The position numbers and the translations under genes were made by a program. Below, one piece after another: positions 9,679 to 19,746 of a stretch of 64,000 nucleotides of DNA. Origin of the DNA: Verrucomicrobiales bacterium (lineage in GTDB: Bacteria > Verrucomicrobiota > Verrucomicrobiia > Verrucomicrobiales > V1-33); contig JBPCQC010000019.1 of assembly GCA_050998515.1 (NCBI GenBank), positions 200,357-264,356 of the forward strand, read 5' to 3'. Below the pieces are notes generated by a model. It did not search any database, was not told where the DNA came from, and saw only the letters and a list, made by a program, of their open reading frames with translations. Every line of letters starts with the position of its first letter. The stretch's first letter is position 1.

Positions 9679-11919
9679 ATGAATGCACGCATCACCACAA
9701 CTCGCCGGAGATTCCTTCAAACTTCAGCGCTTGCGGTTGGTGGCGCGCATCTCGGAGGACTTGATACGCCGCAGGCTACGGCGGCAGAGTTATTAGTGGC
9801 GCCTGAGTGGGTGAACAAGCCGATGCGCTGGGCGCAGCTCACGCTGGTCGAGGACGACCCCGGAAAATTTGATCCCCAGTTCTGGCTCGATTTCTTCGAG
9901 CGCACGAAGTCGGACGCTGTGTGTCTGAGCGCCGGCGGTTGCGTCGCGTATTATCCGACGAACGTCCCGTTTCATCACCGCAGCGCCTGGCTCGGTGATC
10001 ACGACGTGTTTGGCGAACTCGCCGCCGGGTGCCGAAAGCTCGGCATGGTCGTCATCGCGCGCACTGACCCGCACGCCACCTACGATGACGTGCAGGCAGC
10101 GCATCCCGACTGGATCTCCGTTGAAGCCGACGGCAAACCGCGCCGTCACTGGGCTTCTCGAGAGATGTGGATGACGTGCGCCCTTGGGCCCTACAACTTT
10201 GAGTTCATCACCGAAGTGAAGCGCGAGATCATGTCGCGTTATCAGGTCGACGGAATATTTATCAACCGGTGGGATGGATCGGGGATGTGTTATTGCGAGC
10301 ACTGTCAGAAGAATTTCAAGGCCGCATCGGGTCATGAGCTTCCACGCACGGACGACACGCAACATCCGGCACGGCGCGCCTACATTCTTTGGCGACAGCA
10401 ACGGCTGTTCGATCTCTGGTAGTTCTGGGACCGCGAGGTCCGCAAGATCAATCCAGATTCATGCGTTATTCCGAACACAGGTGGCGGTGCGACGAGTTCG
10501 CTGGACATGAAGCGCATCGGCGAGCTTGCGCCGACGCTCATCGCGGATCGTCAGGCGCGCCGCGGACTGGCGGTGCCGTGGGCGAACGGGAAGAACGCGA
10601 AGGAATTTCGCGCGACGATGGGGCGTAAACCAATCGTCGGGATCTTTAGTGTTGGGTTCGAGGAGCCGTATCGCTGGAAGGATTCGGTGCAGAACGCCGC
10701 CGAGTTTCAGCTTTGGGCTGCGGATGGCGTGGCCAATGACCTGCGGCCATGGTTCACGAAGTTTTCCGGCACGCTCCACGACAGACGCTGGCTCAAGCCC
10801 GTCGAGCAGATGTATCAGCGCTACGCGAGTTGGGAGAAATATCTGCGGAACGAACGCCCTCTCGCGCGCGTGGCCGTGGTTTACTCACAACAGACCGGCT
10901 GGTTTTACGGCGGCAAAGTCGAGGACCACATTAATGGCTGGTATCAGGCGCTCATCGAAGCGCGCGTGCCATTCGAAATGGTGCACGATCAGTTGCTCGA
11001 TGCAGACCATCTTGCGCCGTTCAAGACACTGCTTCTTCCGAACATCGCCGCGCTTTCCAATGGGCAGTGCGACCAGCTCCGCGCCTTCGTGCAACGCGGT
11101 GGCAGCTTAATCGCGACGCATGAAACAAGCCTTTGCGATGAATGGGGTGCGAAACGAAAGAACTTTGGACTGGCGGATCTGTTTGGGGTGGACTTCGCCG
11201 GTCGTGTCGAAGCGCGAATGCAGAACGCGTATCTGCGCCTCGAACATGGAGCGGCGCAAAATCACCCGCTCTTGCGCGGGCTCGAAGATGCGCCGCGGAT
11301 TATCCATGGTGTCTCGCGGGTGGAAGTTACGCCGCGCGAGCCATTCTCCACTGTGCCTTTGACGCTGATCCCGAGTTACCCCGACTTGCCGATGGAAAAA
11401 GTCTTTCCGCGCGTGCCAAAGACCGAAATCGCGCAGGTCTTCCTGCGCGAGATTGAACTCGATGACCTTGGCAAGTCGCAAGGCGCGGTGAGATCACCGC
11501 GCCCTGTCACCCGCATTGCATATTTTCCCTGGGATATAGACCGCACGTTTTGGGAAGTCTTGTGCGTGGATCATTTCAAGTTGCTGCGCAATGCCGTCAA
11601 TTGGGCGACGAACGAACCGCCCGTCCTGGAAGTCTCCGGCCCCGGAGTGCTCGACGTGACACTGTGGCAGCAGAAAAACTCGATGACAGTTCACCTCGTG
11701 AATCTCACGAATCCGATGATGATGAAAGGACCCGTGCGAGAATTCGTGCCCATCGGCGAACAGCGCGTTCGCGTCCGTTTACCGGCGAATGCCAGGCCAA
11801 GCGAATTCATCTTCTCGCAGCCGAAAAAACCGTCCCTGCCGAACCCTACGGTGAATATCTCGTTGTCACGGTGCCTTCAATCCTCGATCACGAAGTCGTC
11901 GCCATCGATTTATGAATGA
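9679..11919 (+). pseudogene. Tat-secreted glycoside-hydrolase-like protein (TIM-barrel plus beta-galactosidase-trimerisation/GATase1-like domain) interrupted by one in-frame TAG
   Basis: A Tat signal starts at ATG 9679 (MNARITTTRRRFLQTSALAVGG). ORFs 9679-10422 and 10507-11919 are in the same frame. The only interruption is TAG at 10420-10422 (...RLFDLW*FWDREVRKINPDSCVIPNTGGGATSSLDMKRIGE...). Confidence 0.7.
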
Positions 11920-11977
11920 TTGCGTTATTCGTTATTGGTTCTTGGCTCTTCGGTAGACCTAACCCCCTCACCTGGCC

Positions 11978-13231
11978 ATGACAAACGCGGAATCTTTCCT
12001 GTTCGAGCATCGGCGGTTGACGCGGCGGTATTTCGTCGGCATAGGCGCCGCAGGCGCGGCAGCCCTGGGGCCTTCGCGGCTGAGCGCGGACGACGATCCA
12101 CGCGCGCCGGAGCTCGCGAGGGCCATTGAAGCTCTCGAACCCTACTTCACCACGCAGGAGAAGTTTCGCGACGTCTCGCGCGGCAAGCCGCTGCCGCACT
12201 CACTTTCAGCAGAAGAAAAACGGAGGGTTGGTCTGACTCGCGAGACCTGGAAGCTCGAAGTCATTTCCGATTCGGAGAACCCCGCGAAAATTCGGCGCCC
12301 GCTTTCGCAAAAAGACGGGACCGCGCTCGATTTTCCCGCACTCATGAAACTCGCCGAGACGCACGCCGTTAGGTTTGTTAAGACGATGACGTGTCTGAAC
12401 ATTGGCTGCCCGCTCGGCACGGGAATCTGGGAAGGCGTGCCGCTCCGCGAAGTGGTGTGGCTCACTCAGCCGCGCGAGAACTTGCGCCGCGTCTTCTACC
12501 ACGGCTACCACAACGACGACCCACAGCAGATGTTCCGCAGCTCGTTGCCGATTGACCGGGTGCTTGAAGACCCATTTGACCTGCCGCCCGTAATTCTGTG
12601 TTACAAACTGAACGGCCAGTGGATCGACAGCACGCGCGGCGGTCCGGTGCGTGTGGTCGTGCCCGAGGCTTACGGTTTCAAGTCGATCAAGTGGCTCACC
12701 CACGTCGTGCTCACAAATCTCTTCCACGCCAACGACACCTACGCCGAGGGAAACAATGATGTGGAGAGTGCGCTCAAAACTTTCGCCGCCACGCTTTCCG
12801 TCCCGCGCAGAGTCAAAGCCGGCGAGCCGATCCCGATCACCGGCTACGCCCAGGTCGGCATCGCCGGATTGTCGAGAGTCCAGTTCTGGCTCAGATCCAC
12901 CGAGCGCAACGGCGACGGCACGTCATTTTCCAACGCGCCGTGGACCGACACAGAGATCCTCCCGCCGCCTAAGCATTGGGGTGACCTGCCGGACGGAAAA
13001 ATCCCCGCAGATACGCTGGGTTTTGACCCTTCGACCGGCCAGCCTCGCACTTGGCCGATGCGCATGACGAAAATCCACTGGGCCGCGTTGCTGCCCGGCC
13101 TTGCCGCCGGCGAATACACCTTATCTAGCCGGGCGATCGACCAAAAAGGCATCGCCCAGCCCATGCCCCGCCCCTTCCAGAAATCCGGCCACGCCGCCAT
13201 CGAGTCGGTGCCAATCACCGTAACGGGGTAG
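11978..13231 (+). CDS. Molybdopterin-dependent (sulfite-oxidase-fold) oxidoreductase, Tat signal
   Basis: 417 aa. A twin-arginine motif is present (RRLTRRYFVGIGAAGAAALG). The central region (MTCLNIGCPLGTGIWEGVPLREVVWL...) is typical of the oxidoreductase molybdopterin-binding domain. Confidence 0.7.
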   Translation: MTNAESFLFEHRRLTRRYFVGIGAAGAAALGPSRLSADDDPRAPELARAIEALEPYFTTQEKFRDVSRGKPLPHSLSAEEKRRVGLTRETWKLEVISDSENPAKIRRPLSQKDGTALDFPALMKLAETHAVRFVKTMTCLNIGCPLGTGIWEGVPLREVVWLTQPRENLRRVFYHGYHNDDPQQMFRSSLPIDRVLEDPFDLPPVILCYKLNGQWIDSTRGGPVRVVVPEAYGFKSIKWLTHVVLTNLFHANDTYAEGNNDVESALKTFAATLSVPRRVKAGEPIPITGYAQVGIAGLSRVQFWLRSTERNGDGTSFSNAPWTDTEILPPPKHWGDLPDGKIPADTLGFDPSTGQPRTWPMRMTKIHWAALLPGLAAGEYTLSSRAIDQKGIAQPMPRPFQKSGHAAIESVPITVTG

Positions 13232-13249
13232 GCGCCCGATAGGCAAGCG

Positions 13250-14485
13250 ATGAGACCACTTCTTTTTATCTTCCTGCTCTGCCCGGTTTTGGCTCGGGCT
13301 GAATTTCGCGCGGCTCTTGCCGTGCGGGTTGTGACGCCTGAGCCGCTGTTGCCAGTTTCCGGCGGTGTGGGTCCATCTCATCCGGTGAGCAAAAAGGAAG
13401 GCGACTTGACCGTGCGCGCCCTCGTCCTTGCCGATGACCAAACCCGCGTCGCCATCGTGAGCGCGGACTTCCTCGGTTTCCCGTCTGTCCTCGGCAATAA
13501 AGTTCGCGCTCAAGTCAACGGCATCCCGGCGAAGAACATTTTGATCGGCGCGACGCACACCCACAGCGCACCGGATTGCTACGGCTTTCCCGATGGCAAA
13601 GGTGGCTTTGCCATCGATCTGAAATATCTCGACTCGGTCTGCAATCGGATGGCCGAGGCGATCAACGAAGCATCGAGCCAATTGCAGCCGGCCCGGCTGA
13701 AGATTGCGACCGGAGAAGCCAAAGGGAAAATCGCCTACAACTATTACGCGCCGCAGTTATACGACCCGCGTTGCAGTGTGGTTCAGACGATTGGCGCCGA
13801 CGGCAAACCGTTCGCGACGCTCGTCAATTACGCGATTCACCCCGAGGTGCTCGGTTCGGGAGGGGCAATTCTTAGTCCCGACCTGATCGGTCCGCTGTGT
13901 GATCACATCGCGGCCAAGGGCGGCGGTGTCGGGATCTTTATGAACGGCGCGCAGGGCGGGATGATTACCGCGGACAACCGTGGACCCGAGGGAAAAGACC
14001 TGCGCACCTGGGCGGAATGCGTGCGCATCGGTCAGCTGCTGGCGGACGAAGCGTTGCGGATCGCAGAACCAGCGCCGTTGCAGGAGAACCCAAAACTTTT
14101 CTGCGCCGCCAAAACGATTTCGTTTCCGGTCGATTCACCCGCTCTACAGGCACTAATGAAAAGTTCGCCGCTGGGATATCCGGGCGCCGACAGCAGCCGA
14201 GTAGAGACCCAGTTGAATCTGGTGAACGTCGGCAATGCCCAGATTCTGACCATCCCGGGCGAAGCGCTGCCGAACATTGGCTATTACCTCAAGCGAAAGA
14301 TGCGCGGCGAACACCAACTTCTTTTTGGCCTCACCAACGATGCGTTTGGCTACCTGCTGACCAAAGTCGATTGGGCCAGTTTCAAGCGATACGACTACGT
14401 TTCGCGCACCAGCCTCGGCGAAATGACCGGTGAGATTTACATCGACGAAGCACTCGAATTGGTAGCCGCCTGTCCGCCGCCATGA
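13250..14485 (+). CDS. Neutral/alkaline ceramidase-like hydrolase (N-terminal domain family)
   Basis: 411 aa with a signal peptide (MRPLLFIFLLCPVLARA). It carries the 'IGATHTHSAPD' motif that I associate with the neutral ceramidase N-terminal domain. This is a family assignment from memory only. Confidence 0.5.
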   Translation: MRPLLFIFLLCPVLARAEFRAALAVRVVTPEPLLPVSGGVGPSHPVSKKEGDLTVRALVLADDQTRVAIVSADFLGFPSVLGNKVRAQVNGIPAKNILIGATHTHSAPDCYGFPDGKGGFAIDLKYLDSVCNRMAEAINEASSQLQPARLKIATGEAKGKIAYNYYAPQLYDPRCSVVQTIGADGKPFATLVNYAIHPEVLGSGGAILSPDLIGPLCDHIAAKGGGVGIFMNGAQGGMITADNRGPEGKDLRTWAECVRIGQLLADEALRIAEPAPLQENPKLFCAAKTISFPVDSPALQALMKSSPLGYPGADSSRVETQLNLVNVGNAQILTIPGEALPNIGYYLKRKMRGEHQLLFGLTNDAFGYLLTKVDWASFKRYDYVSRTSLGEMTGEIYIDEALELVAACPPP

Positions 14486-14661
14486 ACGATGAGCGAACGC
14501 AGGGACGGTCTCTTGAGATCCGCTGCCGCAGGTGCCCCGCTCGGTGGGGCGAGGCTGCGTCCGAGCCGCGCTTTCAACCTTGCCTGGCATTCCATGTTGT
14601 TGGTCCTGTCTTTTCCTGGAAGACTCGACGCCATGGCTTCACGACGGTAGAATCGCCTTCT

Positions 14662-14973
14662 ATGATTCGCCTACTTGTTCTCTACGGACAGCCGAAGGAT
14701 CCGGCCGCTTTCGACAAGTATTATCAGGAAACCCACATCCCCATCGCCAGACGCATGAAGGGGCTGAAGAAGTGGACCATTGGGAAAGTGCAAGGCACGC
14801 CGGATGGCAAATCGCCGCCGTTCTATTACCTCGCCGACCTCTACATGGAGACCCGTGCGGACTTCGAGCAACTCCTGGCCTCGCCTGAGGCCCAGGCTGC
14901 CGTGGCAGATCTCTCCAATTTCGCCACGGGAGGCGCGACGTTCCTGTACACCGAAATCGAGGATGTCATCTGA
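14662..14973 (+). CDS. EthD-family protein
   Basis: ATG at 14662 gives 103 aa, MIRLLVLYGQPKDPAAFDKYYQETHIPIARRMKGLKKWTIGKV.... This is the typical EthD-domain size and N-terminal pattern. The longer upstream extension in the track looks non-coding. Confidence 0.7.
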   Translation: MIRLLVLYGQPKDPAAFDKYYQETHIPIARRMKGLKKWTIGKVQGTPDGKSPPFYYLADLYMETRADFEQLLASPEAQAAVADLSNFATGGATFLYTEIEDVI

Positions 14974-15313
14974 CTGACGCGTATTGGGCGCGTTGAAGCG
15001 CCTGCAAACCGAGACCGCCGCCGAACTCGAGTGCCGCCGTCGATGGTGTCGAAGTCACAAAATACCAGCACCCCGATCCTTCCGTCCTGATGCGCGGCCC
15101 CATCGGCATGCAAATCCACGCCGCCGTCGGAATCTTCGATCACAAGGACATCAGGATCGAGGCGGATCCCACGGACGATCGGCTCATTACAGTGAAGTGA
15201 CATGAATTCATCCGCATACCCGACTGTTAATTCAACCACGAGCGCACGCTAGCCGCATTCTTCCGCCATCGCCCCCGAGTGCGATTCGGTGATGGCTGTG
15301 TTGCGTGGCCATC

Positions 15314-16624
15314 TCAGCGTGCTGGCTGATCATCCCACAGCCACTGCAGAAGTGTCCAGCCCGGCAGGGATCGGGCCCGGACGGTGGTGATCTCGTCGAC
15401 TCGCGCGCGGTTCACGGCGCGGAAGTCCGGGGGGCGGACCAGTCGTTCTTCGAATATCCGCACGCGGCTCTGAACGGAATGAATGCCCGGTCCACTGTGG
15501 CATTGAAAGCAGTTCAAAGTAGTCTGTTTGCGGTGGTCTCCCCCAGGGAAGGAAGCATAGGCCTGGTCCAGCGGAGTGGTGAGGTGAAAGCCGGTTTTTC
15601 CGAGCAGCAGGGCGCGCCGGGTTTCCCACTCGAAAAACGTCTGCGCCTGTTCTGAATGGATATCGAAGTTGCGGTAAACGCGGATTTGCACGCTCTCGAC
15701 CAGAGGTGAGACGACGGGAGCTCCCTTCGCACCAGCCACCACCGCCCGCCGCACGAGGGCCCACATGGTGCCGGGCGGAAACTGCGGCGTTTCCGGATTC
15801 ACCCACGGGCCGAGCGGTGGATCGCTGTTGGGCATGAAGCGGCCGACATTCGCGGGCTTTTCACTCACGAACGGATGGCGCATTTCGGCGAGTTGCTTCA
15901 AATACGCTTCGCCTGCGGCGCGGCCATCAGGATGACGCATGCGAACCTCGAAAGCCGAGCGGCCATTGAAGAACGTGAAATGAAACGTGGCGGCCAGGCC
16001 GTCGTCGCCGTTCGGTTCGAGGGCGATCCACGGGCCGTCATCCGCCAGCAGGTCATTGGGCAGAAATGGCGTGGGATGCGCGGCATCGAAGGTGGTGACT
16101 GCGTCCGGTGCGGCGACGGCAGCGGCGTAGTTGTCCGGCAGCTTTCGGATTTCCTCATCTGAGAGGGCCACATGGTGAATGGCACGGGCGAGAGCGCCGA
16201 ATAGTCCGCGCATCGGCGCGGTCCATTCCAGCCGGCCCCATGGCTTGCGGTGATGGTCGGCAATCCAATGAAAGATGGCGAGGAGATCGCGCTGCATCAC
16301 CGCCCGCTGCAGGGCACTCATGCTGTCAGGACGCGGGGGGCCATGGACGAACTCGCCGAGGAGGGCGACGGCGGTGCGGTTCGTTGCGCCGTCGAGAAGG
16401 TGATCCGTGTCAGACCAGAACGGAGGATCGAGGAGATCCTTCACGGCCGCCTCCGCTTCCGGCGCGCGAGCCATCAGCGCGGAATAGAGGCGGTTCCAGA
16501 CGTGACTCGGGTCCTTGTCATATAGTAAAATGGCCACAGGCTCCGCCGCGCGCACCTCGAGGCCTGCCAGCAATCCTGTCAGGGCAACCAGCCTACGAAG
16601 ACGATGAACCAGAGGACACCTCAT
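15314..16624 (-). CDS. Secreted hypothetical protein with a C-terminal CxxCH motif
   Basis: ATG at 16624 gives a signal-like N-terminus (MRCPLVHRLRRLVALTGLLAGLEVRAAEP). A single CFQCH motif lies near the C-terminus. No family recognised. Confidence 0.5.
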   Translation of the reverse strand: MRCPLVHRLRRLVALTGLLAGLEVRAAEPVAILLYDKDPSHVWNRLYSALMARAPEAEAAVKDLLDPPFWSDTDHLLDGATNRTAVALLGEFVHGPPRPDSMSALQRAVMQRDLLAIFHWIADHHRKPWGRLEWTAPMRGLFGALARAIHHVALSDEEIRKLPDNYAAAVAAPDAVTTFDAAHPTPFLPNDLLADDGPWIALEPNGDDGLAATFHFTFFNGRSAFEVRMRHPDGRAAGEAYLKQLAEMRHPFVSEKPANVGRFMPNSDPPLGPWVNPETPQFPPGTMWALVRRAVVAGAKGAPVVSPLVESVQIRVYRNFDIHSEQAQTFFEWETRRALLLGKTGFHLTTPLDQAYASFPGGDHRKQTTLNCFQCHSGPGIHSVQSRVRIFEERLVRPPDFRAVNRARVDEITTVRARSLPGWTLLQWLWDDQPAR

Positions 16625-16912
16625 TCTGCAACTTCTCGCGAAGCGGTGACCATCGCAAGCACGACGGCGCCCAAACTTGCCTGTTCGCAGGCGGGCCGCC
16701 GATCGAAAGCACACCTCGTCGAGGAAGCAGGCATCGACTTTAGTCGGAGAATCGTGACGAACAGGACACCCACGCCCTTTCACGAGCAGCGACTTCTTGG
16801 AAGCTCGCACGGCTTCTGCGGGCTGGAGCTTCGCCGACTAAAGTCGGGGACTACTTTCGGGGATTTTGGGTTCAAGTGGCGAGGGAGGAATTCGCCTTTT
16901 CCAGGTCGAAGC

Positions 16913-17269
16913 TCATGCGGGTTTGGTGCGCTTGACACGATAGGGTACGGGCTCTTCGGCGAGGGTGCCAGCTTTGTCCGCCGAGTCGGGTTCGAGGACG
17001 ACACGCACGCGGGCGCGGAGTGCCTTGGCCACGCGGCGGAGCATGCTGAGCGAGTGTCCTTCGTAGCCGGGCGATTCGAGCCGGCTGATTTGCTGCTGTG
17101 TGGTTTTTAGTTTGCGTGCCAGTTCGGATTGCGAGAGGCCGGCCTGCTCGCGCAGCGCGGCCAGTTGCAAGGCCACGTCCCATGCTTCGCCGGCCTGCTT
17201 GAAGCGGACGGCAAAGGCCGGGTCTTCCATCTGTTCGGACAGATAGCGGTCAAAGTTCGTCTTTTTCAT
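16913..17269 (-). CDS. XRE-family HTH antitoxin (HigA-like)
   Basis: MKKTNFDRYLSEQMEDPAFA...AGLSQSELARKLKTTQQQISRLESP, a Cro/C1-type HTH. Its ATG overlaps the stop of the upstream toxin gene (ATGA). Confidence 0.75.
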   Translation of the reverse strand: MKKTNFDRYLSEQMEDPAFAVRFKQAGEAWDVALQLAALREQAGLSQSELARKLKTTQQQISRLESPGYEGHSLSMLRRVAKALRARVRVVLEPDSADKAGTLAEEPVPYRVKRTKPA

Positions 17270-17619
17270 GTCGTGTGTCTTTTCTGCCAATCGCGCATCC
17301 GTTCTCGCGCCGTGTCGAGGTCGCGGGCCGGGATGGCCTGGCCTTTGTTGCGGATGCCATGAACCATCACAATGCGATGGCCTTTCATGAAGAACCAGAG
17401 CACGCGCGTGTTCAACTTGCCAACGTGGCGCAGTTCAAACAGGCCGCCGCCCAACGCCTTGGTCAGCGGCTCGCGGTGATACTGGCGGTTGCGCATCTTC
17501 GCGAAGCCGGCCAACACCACCGCAAAGTCGTCCGAGTCGCTGGCCTTGAGCGCGTCGAGGAATTCCTGCATGGGGCATCTTCCGGCATTCGTCTCGTAAA
17601 ATTCTACGGTGAACTCCAT
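17266..17619 (-). CDS. RelE/HigB-type toxin (phage Gp49-like)
   Basis: 117 aa, MEFTVEFYETNAGRCPMQEFLDAL...LFELRHVGKLNTRVLWFFMKGHRIVMVHGIRNKGQAIPARDLDTA. This is the typical Gp49/HigB pattern in toxin-first operon order. Confidence 0.8.
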   Translation of the reverse strand: MEFTVEFYETNAGRCPMQEFLDALKASDSDDFAVVLAGFAKMRNRQYHREPLTKALGGGLFELRHVGKLNTRVLWFFMKGHRIVMVHGIRNKGQAIPARDLDTARERMRDWQKRHTT

Positions 17620-17679
17620 GCCGGTGCTACACCAATATTGGTGTTCGAGCGTTCGCGCAAATGGAATTCGGTCGTGACT

Positions 17680-17898
17680 TCAGATGGCTTGCGGTGCGGG
17701 GTGGAATCGCTTCAATGGTGGTATGAACAAGCCATGGCGATTGCGCTCCAGTGTGGCCATGGCTGCTCGAGCGAGCCGGTGAAGATCAGCGGGCAGCCAG
17801 TCGCCAACCTGGTTGCCTCGACCGGGATTCGGTTCACATGCTCCGTCTGTATGAATTTCGACGTGCTGACTCGCGCCCGGTCTTGGCTCGTCATTCAT
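17680..17898 (-). pseudogene. Possible truncated RNase HI relic
   Basis: The ORF fragment contains 'VEIHTDGACEPNPGRG', which matches the conserved N-terminal RNase H motif (xIYTDGACxGNPGPGG). The ORF stops after ~70 codons, without the rest of the ~150-aa fold. Confidence 0.3.
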
Positions 17899-17996
17899 CG
17901 TAACCTGAGCGTATTCATTTCGGCGGCCAAAAGCTGTTCGATTCTCAATCGGGTTTTCTTCGGTTTGCTTTTCGAGGATCCTTTCCAGGTCGAAGC

Positions 17997-18524
17997 TCAT
18001 GGTCCGAGCGGACGTTTCAGGCGTTCGAGGCAAAGGTGGCGAAGCGTGTCATTCATCGGGGTGGCGGCGAGGCGCTCACGAACGGTTTCGAGGCTGGCCA
18101 ACTTGTGGCGGAAGATCCCGCAGATGAAGTCGAGATCTTTCTTACGGCCGGCGACAAGTTTGGACACTGCGAGATCATGAATTTCGAGGCAGAGTCCAGT
18201 GCCGCCGCCGGTGTTGGCGTTGTGCACGCGGACGAGGCGTTCCTGCCAGCCCGCAGGCAACACGCCGGTTTCTGATGCCACTCCGTGGGCGTAGTAGCCG
18301 AACGTCTGGTGAAAGGGGGATCCTTCGCCAATCGAGCCGTCGATCAGGTCGGCGTCGGCCGGGTCGCGCAACGTGAAGACGTCGGCCTCGATGGAGACAA
18401 GCAATTCAGCGGGCGCATCTGGAAACTGGCCGAGCACAGCCTGACTGCCGATGATGATGAACTCCTGAGCGCCGGTGATTCCAGCGGCGGCGCGGATAAT
18501 GTGCTCAAGCTGCGGTCTTTGCAT
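17997..18524 (-). CDS. Nucleotidyltransferase-fold protein (DUF6036-like), probable TA/defence component
   Basis: ATG at 18524 gives 175 aa, MQRPQLEHIIRAAAGITGAQEFIIIGSQAVLGQFPDAP.... This resembles the DUF6036-type NTase family as I recall it. It overlaps the upstream small gene by 20 nt. Confidence 0.5.
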   Translation of the reverse strand: MQRPQLEHIIRAAAGITGAQEFIIIGSQAVLGQFPDAPAELLVSIEADVFTLRDPADADLIDGSIGEGSPFHQTFGYYAHGVASETGVLPAGWQERLVRVHNANTGGGTGLCLEIHDLAVSKLVAGRKKDLDFICGIFRHKLASLETVRERLAATPMNDTLRHLCLERLKRPLGP

Positions 18525-18840
18525 GGCGCTGGCGGATGACGGCCTTGATGGACCAGACTTCGGAGGGCGGGAGTACACCGGCAAACGGTGAATTCTGACG
18601 CAGGCGGCGTCCTTCCTCGTTATCGGCGCATAGGATCTGGCAGGTGTCGCTGAGCGGGCGTTCGAGAATCTCCAGCCATTCGCGGTAGCAGCGGACGAGG
18701 CCGGGGGCGTCCGCGTTCTGTCGCAACCAACGAACAAGATTGTCGCGGGCAATTTGCAGGACAGCGGGGTGCTTTTGGATCCGGGCAGCGACACGCCGTC
18801 CCATCTCCAGACTGACTTCGTCGTGCACCACGTGTTTCAT
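18505..18840 (-). CDS. Small hypothetical protein, partner of the NTase-fold gene
   Basis: 111-aa ORF, co-oriented with and overlapping the downstream gene. Coding-like composition. No family recognised. Confidence 0.45.
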   Translation of the reverse strand: MKHVVHDEVSLEMGRRVAARIQKHPAVLQIARDNLVRWLRQNADAPGLVRCYREWLEILERPLSDTCQILCADNEEGRRLRQNSPFAGVLPPSEVWSIKAVIRQRHAKTAA

Positions 18841-19160
18841 AGTTGGAGACTAGCAGGCCATTCAATTTGATCCAAGAACAGACGCCGAAAAGAAGAACGC
18901 GGAAAGCCCCTCATGGGCAGACCGTTAGGAGAGATGCCATGAATTGGCGCCCGGTTGCAAAGGCCGAAATGCTCATTAGCCATCGAGTTGCACGCTCAAG
19001 CCGCCCGCGAGTCCAACCGAATATCAGGGCTAACGGTGACCGACGACACGGAGCGCGAAATTTTTGCACAAGACCAAAATGCGAAATAACTGTCCTGAGA
19101 GCGGCAGCTTGTTCGTCGTATCATTGCACTCCCAATCAACATCACATCCAAAGAATCAAT

Positions 19161-19568
19161 ATGAACACACCAACCAATACATCCGAATACCTGTTGTTGT
19201 TCCGCGGCACGCACTGGGACAAAAATCTTTCGCCGGAGGAAATTCAGAAAGCGATGGGACAATTCATGGCCTGGTTCGAACGCCTGACGCAGCAGGGCAA
19301 GCTTAAAACTGGCCAGCCGCTCGCGAACGAGGGCAAAATCGTTTCCGGAAGAAGCGGGCGGACAGTGGCCGACGGGCCGTTCGTCGAGTCAAAGGAGGCA
19401 ATCGGCGGCTATTTCCTGCTGCAGGTGGCTGACCTCGACGAAGCGGTGGCCATCGCGCAGGGATGTCCGATTCTGGAATATGGTTCGAGCGTGGAAGTGC
19501 GGCCGGTGGCCCAGCAGTGTCCGACCATGCAGCGCGTGAACCAAGAGCTGGCCCACGCGGTGGCGTGA
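19161..19568 (+). CDS. YciI-like (DGPF-domain) protein
   Basis: ATG at 19161 gives 135 aa, MNTPTNTSEYLLLFRGTHWD...DGPFVESKEAIGGYFLLQVADLDEAVAIAQGCP. This is a YciI/DGPF signature. It has the classic pairing with the downstream ECF sigma factor. Confidence 0.8.
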   Translation: MNTPTNTSEYLLLFRGTHWDKNLSPEEIQKAMGQFMAWFERLTQQGKLKTGQPLANEGKIVSGRSGRTVADGPFVESKEAIGGYFLLQVADLDEAVAIAQGCPILEYGSSVEVRPVAQQCPTMQRVNQELAHAVA

Positions 19569-19746
19569 GGAAAGCAAGCTTTCGTCTTGGGGAGCACGCG
19601 CGCCTCGCGTGTTGCGACCGGCGCCTTCGCCGGTCGTCGCTGACTCTCGCGACTTCCCGGTCCAGTGCGTTGCCAAATCTCCTGGAGAGCTCCCGGAGAC
19701 GCGGAACAGGGCACGCTAGAGCGCATGCGCTCCCCTCTGAATACAA

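Noticed and set aside
14975-15239. Minus-strand ORF 14841-15239 (132 aa) downstream of the EthD gene.
   Set aside because: Its 3' part overlaps the EthD gene. No motif was recognised, and it may be a gene fragment. There is not enough evidence to annotate it.
17275-18180. 301-aa plus-strand ORF spanning the HigB gene and the RNase H relic region.
   Set aside because: It lies antisense to a well-supported HigB/Gp49-like toxin gene, and no motifs were recognised.
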